Assembly (NCBI GenBank): GCA_963813535.1
Contig: CAWEZH010000003.1
Location: 96,001-160,000 of the forward strand
Length of the DNA: 64,000 bases
Origin: an uncultured Chloroflexia bacterium
GTDB lineage: Bacteria > Chloroflexota > Limnocylindria > Limnocylindrales > CSP1-4
Direction: 5' to 3'
Part shown: one piece after another, positions 19,380-29,964 of the stretch
How the letters are laid out: each line of letters opens with the position of its first letter
Position numbering within the stretch: the first letter of the stretch is position 1
Translations under genes and position numbers: made by a program
The notes under the pieces: generated by a model
What the model saw: only the letters and a program-made list of their open reading frames with translations
Database searches by the model: none
Told to the model about the DNA's origin: nothing

Positions 19380-19671
19380 GCGTTCCTCCTCGCGTCTTCC
19401 AGCATGACAGGGAGGAACGAGGTCGTGGGTGGGGGTCAGAGGCCTCGTCGCGCCCGACGGAAGTATCGACACCGGGATGCCGATCGCGTCCCGTCGGGCG
19501 CCTTTCCCGTGGACGGGCCGCGGTGAGACGGCCGCGCGACCGCGGGCAACGAAGCGCCCGAAGCGACCGGCGGCGGACAAAGGTCCTTGATGTGATCTCG
19601 GTTCCTGCGTCCTGTCGGCCCCTTCGGGCACGACCTACGGTATCGGCCGGGTCAGCGGTGGGTCAACGCGC

Positions 19672-19757
19672 TTATCCACGAACATCGGATCGCCCCGCGA
19701 TGGCTGTCCACGGGATCCAGGGGCCTGTGGTCGGCATGTGGATAACCCTGTGGACGA
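19672..19757. promoter_or_regulatory. Cluster of DnaA-box-like 9-mers
   Basis: TTATCCACG 19672-19680, CTGTCCACG 19704-19712, perfect TGTGGATAA 19737-19745, TGTGGACGA 19749-19757. Confidence 0.6.
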
Positions 19758-19772
19758 CTGGTGTCGAGCCGT

Positions 19773-20834
19773 TCAGCCACCCATCGCGAACATCTCGATC
19801 TTCGGCAGATCGGATGTCGAGTCGGAACGCGATTCCGAATAGCGGTCGTCCCGGGCGCGCCACGTATCCGTGAGGAATGCGAGCAACTCGTCGTCCGACG
19901 ACCCGTCGCGCAGGACCGCGCGGACGTCGCGACCGTCGACGGCGAACAGGCAGGTGTAGAGCTTTCCGTCCGCCGACAGGCGCGCGCGCGTGCAGTCGCG
20001 GCAGAACGGCCGCGTGACCGAGGAGATGATGCCGAACTCTCCGCCGCCATCGGCATAGCGCCAGCGCCCGGCCACTTCGCCGCGATACTGCGGCTCGGCC
20101 GGATCGGCCGGCCACGCCGCGGTGACCGTATCGATCAGCTCGGCCGCCGGGACGACCTCGTCGAGCCGCCAGCCGTTCGAATGGCCGACATCCATGTACT
20201 CGATGAAGCGGAGCGTCACGCCGGTGTCCCTGGCCCAGCGTGCCATCGGGACGACGGACGTCTCGTTGATGCCGCGCCGGACGACCATGTTGATCTTGAC
20301 CGGCGTCAGCCCCGCCTCGATGGCGGCATCGATGCCGTCGAGCACCTTGGCGACCGGGAAGTCGACCCCGTTCATCGCGCCGAACACCGCATCGTCGAGC
20401 GAGTCCAGGCTGACCGTCGCGCGACGCAGGCCGGCGTCAGCCAACGGCTGCGCGAGCGACCGGAGGGCCGCACCGTTCGTCGTCAGCGTCAGGTCGAGGG
20501 CCCGCCCGGCCGGTGTCCGCAGGTCGGCCAGCATCCGGATGAGCTCGGGCAGCCCGCGCCGGACCAGTGGCTCACCGCCGGTGATCCGCAGCTTCTCGAC
20601 GCCGAGCTGGACGAAGGCCCGGGCGGCACGGTGGATCTCTTCGAAGGACAGCACCTGGTCCTTGGGCAGGAACGCGTAGTCGCGCCCGAAGATCTCCTTG
20701 GGCATGCAGTAGGTGCACCGGAAGTTGCACCTGTCGGTGACGGAGATCCGCAGGTCGTGCAGCGGCCGCCCGAGACGGTCGAGCGGACGGCTTGGGGCGG
20801 CGACGATCGCAGGGGCGTCCATTTCGACGTCCAT
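19773..20834 (-). CDS. moaA: GTP 3',8-cyclase (molybdenum cofactor biosynthesis)
   Basis: LRISVTDRCNFRCTYCMP radical-SAM motif, ITGGEP, FCRDCTRARLSADGKLYTCLF, C-terminal MFAMGG. Confidence 0.96.
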   Translation of the reverse strand: MDVEMDAPAIVAAPSRPLDRLGRPLHDLRISVTDRCNFRCTYCMPKEIFGRDYAFLPKDQVLSFEEIHRAARAFVQLGVEKLRITGGEPLVRRGLPELIRMLADLRTPAGRALDLTLTTNGAALRSLAQPLADAGLRRATVSLDSLDDAVFGAMNGVDFPVAKVLDGIDAAIEAGLTPVKINMVVRRGINETSVVPMARWARDTGVTLRFIEYMDVGHSNGWRLDEVVPAAELIDTVTAAWPADPAEPQYRGEVAGRWRYADGGGEFGIISSVTRPFCRDCTRARLSADGKLYTCLFAVDGRDVRAVLRDGSSDDELLAFLTDTWRARDDRYSESRSDSTSDLPKIEMFAMGG

Positions 20835-20874
20835 CGTAGCGCCGAACCCCGTTGCACCTGCACAACGCCACGAG

Positions 20875-20917
20875 GTACGGGGCCTCCATAGGTACGACCG
20901 GCGTACACCGCTGGTAC
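20875..20917. promoter_or_regulatory. Phased GTAC repeats in a divergent promoter region (putative regulator binding site)
   Basis: GTAC at 20875, 20892, 20903 and 20914; the last three are exactly 11 bp apart. Confidence 0.45.
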
Positions 20918-21004
20918 CACTAGCGGACTCCACCGCACCGAACCTCGCTGGCACGATGCCATCACACCCCGAAAGCGCCACCTATTCCGACGAGGGATCC
21001 ACGC

Positions 21005-22507
21005 ATGGCATCGACCGACGCGAAGAGCGGCTTCCGTCTCCCCTGGAGCACCGACCGCAACGACTCCGACGCCGAGTCCGACCCGTCCGCAGAGGCCGGT
21101 GCCGTGGATGCAACCCAGCAGCAAGGCGACAGCGAGAGCGAGACCCCCACGATGATCGATAGTGCGCTGACCCCCGCCGGCGAGGCACCCCAGGACGACG
21201 CCGCCGCCGTGGCGACGGACGCACCAGCGACCGGCACCGCCCCTGAGGTCCCGGCCGCGACGGCTGACGTCCCCGCGGCTGCGCCGGCACCCGCTCCGAA
21301 GCGCAAGCCGAACAAGTTCATGGCCGACCTGACGAAGGCCATGCAGACCGCCGCCGAAGCCGCCCGCGCCGACACGCTCGAGCGCTTCTCGGCCGAGGCG
21401 AAGACGCACATCGAGGCCATCCACGCCAGCACGGCCGACGAGGCCACGGCGCTGCGCAAGCGGGCCGACGACGACATCGCGGCCGTCCGCGACTGGTCCA
21501 AGCAGGAGATCGCCCGGATCCGCGAGGAGACCGACGAGCGCATCGCCCACCGCAAGGAAGTCCTCGAGCGTGAGATCGAGGCGCACGCCGCCGAGATCGA
21601 GGCGCGCATCGACAACGTCCAGTCGCGCGTGACCGCGTTCGAGGCGGACATGGCCGCGTTCTTCGAGAAGCTCCTGAGCGAGGATGACCCGACGCGATTC
21701 GCGGCCATGGCTGAGACGCTCCCCGAGCCACCCGCGTTCGACGACGACGACATGGCGCCCTCGAGCTGGGCTACGCCGGTCGAGACACCCGCCGCCGAGA
21801 CACCCGAGCCGGTCGAGACCACGACCACCGAAGCCGTCTCGACGGTGGACGCCACCGAGGCGCCCGAGGCCTCCGCCGAGGCGCCGGTCGACGAGGCCGC
21901 CACGATCGAACCTGTCGCAACGGCTCCCGTCGAGGAGCCCGTCTCCGAAGGGACGACCGAGGCCCCGACGTCCGAGTCGACGTCCGAGTCCGCGCCCGAG
22001 GCGACGCCAGAGGACAGCGGCGATCTGTTCGGCATCGCGCCCGACGCCGCAGGCGACGAGACGGATCCGCGCCTGTCCGCGCTCGGCATCGAGCAGGACT
22101 TCGCGGCCGCCGAGGCCGAGGCCGCCGAGTTCCCGGCCGAAGCGACGACCGATGAGCAGGAGATCCCGACCATCGCCGAGGACGCGCTCGCTGCACGCCT
22201 TGCCGGGCTCGTCGCGGAAGAGCATGCCCCCGCCGGTGAAGCCGCCTCGACGCGCGTCGTCGTGACCGGCCTCGTCAGCGTGGCAAGCATCGCCGGCTTC
22301 AAGCGCAACCTCGCCCGCGTCAGCGGTGTCCGATCGGTCGGCGTGTCGTCCGGCCCGGATGGCGAGTTCGTGTTCGCGGTCTCCCACGATCCTGGTCTCA
22401 GCCTGACCGACGGCATCGCGACGCTGCCGGGCTTCGGTGCCCGCGTCACGAACGAGGCCGAAGGCGAGCTCACCGTCGCGGCGCGCGACCCCGAATCGGA
22501 GGGCTGA
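21005..22507 (+). CDS. Hypothetical acidic protein: coiled coil, long disordered E/A/P/T regions and a small C-terminal alpha/beta domain
   Basis: Strong GC3 codon bias; central heptad-like helical region; C-terminal TRVVVTGLVSVASIAGFKRNLARVSGVRSV. Confidence 0.8.
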   Translation: MASTDAKSGFRLPWSTDRNDSDAESDPSAEAGAVDATQQQGDSESETPTMIDSALTPAGEAPQDDAAAVATDAPATGTAPEVPAATADVPAAAPAPAPKRKPNKFMADLTKAMQTAAEAARADTLERFSAEAKTHIEAIHASTADEATALRKRADDDIAAVRDWSKQEIARIREETDERIAHRKEVLEREIEAHAAEIEARIDNVQSRVTAFEADMAAFFEKLLSEDDPTRFAAMAETLPEPPAFDDDDMAPSSWATPVETPAAETPEPVETTTTEAVSTVDATEAPEASAEAPVDEAATIEPVATAPVEEPVSEGTTEAPTSESTSESAPEATPEDSGDLFGIAPDAAGDETDPRLSALGIEQDFAAAEAEAAEFPAEATTDEQEIPTIAEDALAARLAGLVAEEHAPAGEAASTRVVVTGLVSVASIAGFKRNLARVSGVRSVGVSSGPDGEFVFAVSHDPGLSLTDGIATLPGFGARVTNEAEGELTVAARDPESEG

Positions 22508-22511
22508 CATC

Positions 22512-23738
22512 GTGGCGCGACCGGCCATCGCCGTCGCCCTGCCGTCCAGCGAGGCCGCGCCAGTCTCCGCCGAGCTGCGCGCTGCGGGCTTCACGGTCGC
22601 GACCGTCAACCACCCGGACGAGCTCGAGGCGCTGCTCGCGGCGCGACGCGACGTCGCGGTCGCGATCCTCGACGGCGAGACGGACCTCGACCAGTCGCTC
22701 GAGTACTACTCGCTGCTGCGCGATGCCGGGCGCAAGATCCCGGCGCTGATGGTGCTGTCCGAGCGCTCGCTCGGACGACTCGACCCGAACAACGGCGACG
22801 TCGAGGACGAGTACTTCACCCGACCCTATTCGGCCGAGTCACTGCGCTGGCGCGTCGAGGCGATGTGCATCCGCAGCCAGACCGTCGACGATGGATCGGG
22901 TCCGGTCCTCCAGGGCGGCCCCATGGAGGCGGAAGGTTGGACCGCCCGCGCGACGATCCTGGCGGTGTTCAATCCGAAGGGCGGCGTCGGCAAGACGACC
23001 ATCGCGACGAACCTCGCGTCGGTCCTCCAGACCCGCCGGGGCCACAACGTCCTGCTGGTGGACGCCGACACGGTCACCGGGCACGTGACGACATCCCTTG
23101 GCATCGACGGCGTGCGGACGCTTTCGGACGCCTGGCGCGACGAGCGGGAGGGCGGTCCGCGCGAGACCCTCGTCGACATCGCGTCGGCGCATTCGTCGGG
23201 CATGAAGGTGGCCGCGTTGACGTCGTCGCCGCTCGATAGCGAGATCCTCGATCCGGAACGCGTGGCGTTGGCCATCACGGCTGCCCGACGTGGGTTCGAG
23301 TTCGTCGTCGTCGACCTGCACCCGTCGTACAGCCGGCTCAACCAGGCGATCTTCGCGATCGCCGACAAGATCCTCGTGCCGGTCACCCCGGACGTGCCGG
23401 CCATCCGGGCGGCGGTCCAACTGACCGACTACGCGACCGAGCTCGGCGTCCGCGAACGGCTGGCGCTGGTGATCAATCGTGCCAACAGCGGCGTCGCCGT
23501 GGCCGACATCGAGCGGACCATCGGGATGCCGTCGATCGCGCTCATCCGATCGGGCGGGCTGCTGTTCGTCCGGGCCGCCAACGAAGGTCGGACGGTCATC
23601 GAGATGTTCCCCAAGGAGCGGATCACCGAAGACTTCGACGCGCTGGCGGATCGCGTGCTCGGCACACCGATCGCCCCGCCGGCGGTCAAGGTCCCCTTCG
23701 GCCTCTTCAACCGCGCGAAGACGACCGCTCGAGCGTAG
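22512..23738 (+). CDS. Pseudo-receiver domain fused to a MinD/ParA-family ATPase (CpaE/TadZ-like)
   Basis: VAILDG..FTRPYS degenerate REC; deviant Walker A FNPKGGVGKTT, LLVDAD, LVINR; C-terminal PFGLFNR. Confidence 0.87.
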   Translation: MARPAIAVALPSSEAAPVSAELRAAGFTVATVNHPDELEALLAARRDVAVAILDGETDLDQSLEYYSLLRDAGRKIPALMVLSERSLGRLDPNNGDVEDEYFTRPYSAESLRWRVEAMCIRSQTVDDGSGPVLQGGPMEAEGWTARATILAVFNPKGGVGKTTIATNLASVLQTRRGHNVLLVDADTVTGHVTTSLGIDGVRTLSDAWRDEREGGPRETLVDIASAHSSGMKVAALTSSPLDSEILDPERVALAITAARRGFEFVVVDLHPSYSRLNQAIFAIADKILVPVTPDVPAIRAAVQLTDYATELGVRERLALVINRANSGVAVADIERTIGMPSIALIRSGGLLFVRAANEGRTVIEMFPKERITEDFDALADRVLGTPIAPPAVKVPFGLFNRAKTTARA

Positions 23739-23750
23739 CCCACGACCGGG

Positions 23751-23767
23751 GCCGCTCCGGGAGCGGC
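23751..23767. terminator. Short hairpin between convergent genes
   Basis: GCCGCTC-CGG-GAGCGGC. Confidence 0.35.
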
Positions 23768-24426
23768 TACCGGGAGCGTTCCTGCCAGGACGTACCGCCA
23801 AGGGGGTTCCCCGGGAGCTTTTGCGGCGCCTCGCCGGTCCGCCGGTCGATCTGCTCGACGCCGCGCAGGTACATGCGGTTGACGAGGATCGCGTCCATCT
23901 GCGGGCCGAAGGCGTCCTCGCCCATATAGGCCGTCGCGTCGACGACTGGCACGAACATCTCCGTGGCTCGATCGAGGAGTCGCTCGGGCTCGGAGCCCGG
24001 GTAGAGGAACACCGTGCCCACGATCCGGAAGGGGGGCACTTCCATCGACACCTCGTACGACACCTTGTGGATGCGATGAGCGGAGCGCTCCTCGTCATTG
24101 AGCGGCGGCAGGGTCGCCTCGCCGGCCAGGACGATGATCAGGTCGTACGGGTCGACGGCCTTGAGCCCGGGGGCCTCGGCCATCTCGGCGGAGCCGTCGA
24201 TGGGCGCCCACCGAACGTCGGAGATCGTCACCGACTCGCGCCTGTTGAGGACGTCCGATAGCCGACCGGACACATCCATCGTGCCGACGATCCGCCATTC
24301 CTCCGTGAGTCCGTCAAAGGCGATGCCACGACCGGCCGTCGACCCCGCCGCCTTGGGCGCATCGGCCAGCGGCACCGTCGATGGCGCCTCCTGCGGCTTC
24401 TTCTTCTTGAGGAAGTCAAACGGCAC
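23767..24426 (-). CDS. Hypothetical protein with two similar beta-rich halves
   Basis: WRIVGTM..RLSDVLNR versus FRIVGTV..PERLLDR; starts 3 nt after the acs stop. Confidence 0.75.
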   Translation of the reverse strand: MPFDFLKKKKPQEAPSTVPLADAPKAAGSTAGRGIAFDGLTEEWRIVGTMDVSGRLSDVLNRRESVTISDVRWAPIDGSAEMAEAPGLKAVDPYDLIIVLAGEATLPPLNDEERSAHRIHKVSYEVSMEVPPFRIVGTVFLYPGSEPERLLDRATEMFVPVVDATAYMGEDAFGPQMDAILVNRMYLRGVEQIDRRTGEAPQKLPGNPLGGTSWQERSR

Positions 24427-24429
24427 TCG

Positions 24430-26409
<1,980 letters not shown>

Positions 26410-26538
26410 GGAAACACACCTCCGGGAGTCAAGCTGGCCGGGTCATCGTACCGCGTGCGGTGGGCGCGACGGCCGGGTCTGCGTCGCTGACCCGTCGTCA
26501 CGGGTGCGCGCACGCCGTCGCGCCTCGCTGAAGGCGCG

Positions 26539-27489
26539 TCACCCGGTGGTCGAGGTCGTGGTCGATCCGTCGCCTTCGTCGTCCGCGGTCGCGAGCCCGG
26601 GGGCGGTCAGGGAATTCGGATCCACCGGGTCCCGCGAGAGGACGACCCGTTGCGGTCGCGGGATCTCGATGCCGTTCGCCTCGAGTGCCGCGAGCAGACG
26701 CTTCCGGAACTCGCCGGCGGCGGTCCACTGCTCCGGCGCCCGGACCGAGCCCAGGATCTTGAGCGTCACGCCGTACTCGCCGAGCGCCTCGACGCGCTCG
26801 ACCCGCGGCGGCTCCAGGATCCGCCGCTTCCAGACGGGATCCTCGGCCATCTCCTGGCCGACGCCGTCGACCACGCTGATCGCGCGGTCGATGTCGGTCC
26901 CGTAGGTGACGGTCACGTCCTGGTTGATGCGGGCCCAGACGCGGGTGAGGTTGGAGGCGACCTTGATCTCGCCGTTGGGGATCGTGTGGACGACGCCATC
27001 GATGTCGCGAACGGTCGTGCGCCGGAGATTGAAGTCCTCGACCGTCCCGGCCACGCCGGCGAGTCGGACGACGTCACCGACGCTGAACTGGTTCTCGACG
27101 AGGATCAGGGCGCCGTTCAGGTAGTCGCGCACCAGGGTCTGGGCACCGAAGCCGACGGCGATGCCGAAGACGCCGAGCCCGGCGACGGCCGGGCCGATGT
27201 CGAGCCCGAGCTTGCCGAGGATCATCAGGCCGGCGATGACCGCGATGAAGAACTGGATCGCGTGGGCGCCCAGGTCCTCGAGCGTGGTCATGCGCTTCTT
27301 GAGCTCGACGGCCGATAACTCCTGGGCCGTGCCCTCGCTCGCCTCGCGATCCAGCAGCGTCTTGACGATGCCGTGCACGAACACGCTGGCGAGCCGCGCC
27401 GCGAGCACCGCGACGAGCACGATGAACAGGATCGGCAGCAGCGTCTGGCGGATGAGGTCGGAGACCTCGGGGGACGTCAGGTCGGGCAT
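26539..27489 (-). CDS. Small-conductance mechanosensitive channel (MscS family)
   Basis: AVGFGAQTLVRDYLNG..ENQFSVGDVV..GTVEDFNLRRT..IPNG. Confidence 0.92.
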   Translation of the reverse strand: MPDLTSPEVSDLIRQTLLPILFIVLVAVLAARLASVFVHGIVKTLLDREASEGTAQELSAVELKKRMTTLEDLGAHAIQFFIAVIAGLMILGKLGLDIGPAVAGLGVFGIAVGFGAQTLVRDYLNGALILVENQFSVGDVVRLAGVAGTVEDFNLRRTTVRDIDGVVHTIPNGEIKVASNLTRVWARINQDVTVTYGTDIDRAISVVDGVGQEMAEDPVWKRRILEPPRVERVEALGEYGVTLKILGSVRAPEQWTAAGEFRKRLLAALEANGIEIPRPQRVVLSRDPVDPNSLTAPGLATADDEGDGSTTTSTTG

Positions 27490-27550
27490 GGCTTACAGCC
27501 TATCGAGTGCAGCCGATGCCTTGGCGCCATCCCGGGCGGGAGGCGTCGGC

Positions 27551-28357
27551 CTATGCGGTCGCGTGGACCGGTGGCGCTGTCTGGCGCTCCGGGACCGTCC
27601 CGCCGAGGCGGACCGAGATGGCGGTGGCCGCTTCGCGCGCCTGGGCCGCCAGCTCGGGGATGCGCCGCGGGGTGAGGCGGAACGCCGGCCCCCAGATGTC
27701 GACCGCGGCGACCACGTTGCCGCGCGCGTCGTGGATGGGGGCGGCGACCGCATTCAACCCCAGCTCGTATTCGCCGCTGGCCGTCGCGTAGCCTCGCCGG
27801 CGGATGCGTGCCAGCTCCTCGAGGAGTGGCTCCAGCTCGACGATCGTCCGCTCGGTGTACTGGATCAGCCCGCGGCGCACGATCCGGAGCACCTCGCGCT
27901 CGGCCAGCGAGGACATGAGGACCTTGCCCGACGCCACGCAATGGAGCGGTGTCGAGCGCCCGGTCCAGTCCCCCACCGCGATGAGGTTCGGGCCGTCGAC
28001 CTGGGCGACCGTCAGCAGCGACTCGCCGTCCAGGATCCCGACGCCTGTCGTCTCGTGCGTCAACCGCGCGAGCCGCTCGAGCTCCGGCATGGCGATCCCG
28101 CGGAGGTCGAGGGTCCGCTCTGCACGCTCCGCGAGGCGGATCACGACCAGCCCCAATCGGTACTTGCCGGTCTCGTCGTCCTGCTCGACGAGCCCCCGCT
28201 TCTGGAGCGTCGCGAGCAGGCGCGACGCCGTCGATTTGTGCAGTCCGAGACGGCGCGCGAGCTCGGTCACGCCCGCCTCGCCCTGCGAGTCGCCGAGGGC
28301 CAGGAGCAGGGCAGCCGCCCGGTCGACCGAACGGACCGCGTTACCGTCAAGCACCAT
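27551..28357 (-). CDS. IclR family transcriptional regulator
   Basis: VRSVDRA, GVTELARRLGLHKSTASRLL, PLHCVASGKVL, RRRGYA, AVAAPI. Confidence 0.95.
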   Translation of the reverse strand: MVLDGNAVRSVDRAAALLLALGDSQGEAGVTELARRLGLHKSTASRLLATLQKRGLVEQDDETGKYRLGLVVIRLAERAERTLDLRGIAMPELERLARLTHETTGVGILDGESLLTVAQVDGPNLIAVGDWTGRSTPLHCVASGKVLMSSLAEREVLRIVRRGLIQYTERTIVELEPLLEELARIRRRGYATASGEYELGLNAVAAPIHDARGNVVAAVDIWGPAFRLTPRRIPELAAQAREAATAISVRLGGTVPERQTAPPVHATA

Positions 28358-28369
28358 CAGACAAGCCCG

Positions 28370-29770
28370 TCAACCGGCCGCCGGCGACGACATGCCGCCA
28401 TGCGGCGTCGGGGCCGGGCCACCATGCGCTCGGTCGTCGAGCGCCGCGTCGAGCGACTCCTGGAACGACGTCAGGACTCGATCGATGATGTCGGCATCGG
28501 CGTGGGCCTCGCAGATGAACCATGGTTCCCGCGAATCCGGCTCCGGCATCGCGCCACGCGCGTGCATCCCGATGGCGATCGCGTCGTACAGGTCGTGGTC
28601 GCTGGTCGCCCAGTCCCGATACTCGGTCGCGAGCTCCTCGCGGAACATGATCCCGAACATCGACGGGTGCCCCGTGAAGTGGTACGGGATGCCGGTCGGG
28701 TCGAGGATCTCCTTCAGACCGTCCTGGATCGTGCGGCCCGTCGCGTGGATCGTGTCGAGGGCGTTGGTGTCGCGCAGGATCTCGAGGGTCTTCACGGCTG
28801 CCGCCGCTGCGACGCGGTTGCCGGCGTACGTCCCGCCATGACTGACCTTCTCAGGCAGCATCTCCATGACCTCGCGCCGGCCACCGAAGGCCGCTGCCGG
28901 ATAGCCGTTGCCCATGGCCTTGGCGAACGAGGCGAGGTCGGGCTTGATGCCGAAGTACTCGGCGGCGCCGCCGCGTGCCAGCCGGAACCCGGTCTTGACC
29001 TCGTCGAAGATCAGGAGGATGCCGAACTCCTCGGTCAACGCGCGCATCTGCTGGTGGAAGCCAGGCTCGGGCATGATGGCCTGCGCGTTGCCGAGGACCG
29101 GTTCGACGATGACGGCGGCGATCTCCTCGCCGCGCTCCTCGAACAGCGCGCGCAGTCTATCGATCCGGTTGTAGCGGGCTGGGATGATGGTGTCGGCGAC
29201 CGCGCCGGGGATGCCGCGACCCCACGCGAGGGCCACGGGCGCATCGGCATCGCCGAGCTCGGCCATGTCGTCCGGGCCCACGCTGATCAGCGCGTAGTCG
29301 TGGACGCCGTGGTACTGGCCCTCGAACTTCACGATGCGCTCGCGGCCCGTATAGGCGCGGGCGATGCGCATCAGGTGCATGGTCGCCTCGGTGCCCGAGA
29401 CCGTCATGCGCGCCATGTCCACCCAGCCGGTCAGCTCGCACACCAGCTCGATGGCGCGGATCTCGTCCTCGCTCGTCAGGCTGAAGCTGACACCCCGACG
29501 CATCCGCTCGTTGACGTAGTCATCGACCCGCGCGTCGCCGTGCCCGAGGATGACCGGCCCGTAGCCCATCCGCAGGTCGACGTACTCGTTGCCGTCGGCA
29601 TCCCACACCATGCCGCCCTCGCCGCGATCCACGTAGATCGTGCTGTCGCCCCACGCCCGGAAGTTCGAGTCGGTGCCTCCGGGGAGGTGCTCCAGAGCGC
29701 GCCGGTAGAGCGCCGCCTGGCGATCGCGGCGAAGGAACGGGGTCGACGTGGTGGCGGGCTCCGTGGCCAT
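28370..29770 (-). CDS. Class III aminotransferase (glutamate-1-semialdehyde aminomutase-like)
   Basis: WDADGNEYVD, SGTEATM, KFEGQYHG, LIFDEVKTGFR, FAKAMGNGYP, HGGTYAGN. Confidence 0.88.
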   Translation of the reverse strand: MATEPATTSTPFLRRDRQAALYRRALEHLPGGTDSNFRAWGDSTIYVDRGEGGMVWDADGNEYVDLRMGYGPVILGHGDARVDDYVNERMRRGVSFSLTSEDEIRAIELVCELTGWVDMARMTVSGTEATMHLMRIARAYTGRERIVKFEGQYHGVHDYALISVGPDDMAELGDADAPVALAWGRGIPGAVADTIIPARYNRIDRLRALFEERGEEIAAVIVEPVLGNAQAIMPEPGFHQQMRALTEEFGILLIFDEVKTGFRLARGGAAEYFGIKPDLASFAKAMGNGYPAAAFGGRREVMEMLPEKVSHGGTYAGNRVAAAAAVKTLEILRDTNALDTIHATGRTIQDGLKEILDPTGIPYHFTGHPSMFGIMFREELATEYRDWATSDHDLYDAIAIGMHARGAMPEPDSREPWFICEAHADADIIDRVLTSFQESLDAALDDRAHGGPAPTPHGGMSSPAAG

Positions 29771-29816
29771 GAAGTCCTCGGGTGCGGGTTCCGGGTGGCC
29801 CGGTCCGTGGGACGGG

Positions 29817-29835
29817 CGTTGCGCGATACGAGACG
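29817..29835. promoter_or_regulatory. Imperfect palindrome, possible IclR-family operator
   Basis: CGTTGCGCGATACGAGACG, about 50 nt upstream of the aminotransferase-IclR pair. Confidence 0.3.
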
Positions 29836-29964
29836 CGCGGGGGCCCATGCTGACATACCGCCAGCGCGGCCGTCAATGCGAGATTCGTCGGTATCGGTCG
29901 CATCAGGTGCGAATGGCGGCCCGCACGCTCCGCCGGACAAGGCGACGCGCAGCGCCGGTCCGAA

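Noticed and set aside
19430-19622. tmRNA suggested by GGGGCCGA at the 5' end on the minus strand
   Set aside because: No TTCGA T-arm or CCA end, no tag ORF, and too short.
19650-19770. Replication origin (oriC)
   Set aside because: Only about four boxes, no AT-rich DUE or DnaA-trio, and no dnaA/dnaN; kept only as a DnaA-box cluster.
20835-21004. Moco riboswitch upstream of moaA
   Set aside because: I could not recognise the conserved Moco RNA elements; the spacer is a short divergent promoter.
21780-22000. Tandem repeat or CRISPR-like array in the acidic protein gene
   Set aside because: Low-complexity E/A/P/T codons only; no fixed-length repeat-spacer structure here or elsewhere in the window.
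28370-29770. Gene symbol hemL
   Set aside because: Family motifs fit, but the context (IclR, no hem genes) suggests a paralogue, so no symbol was assigned.
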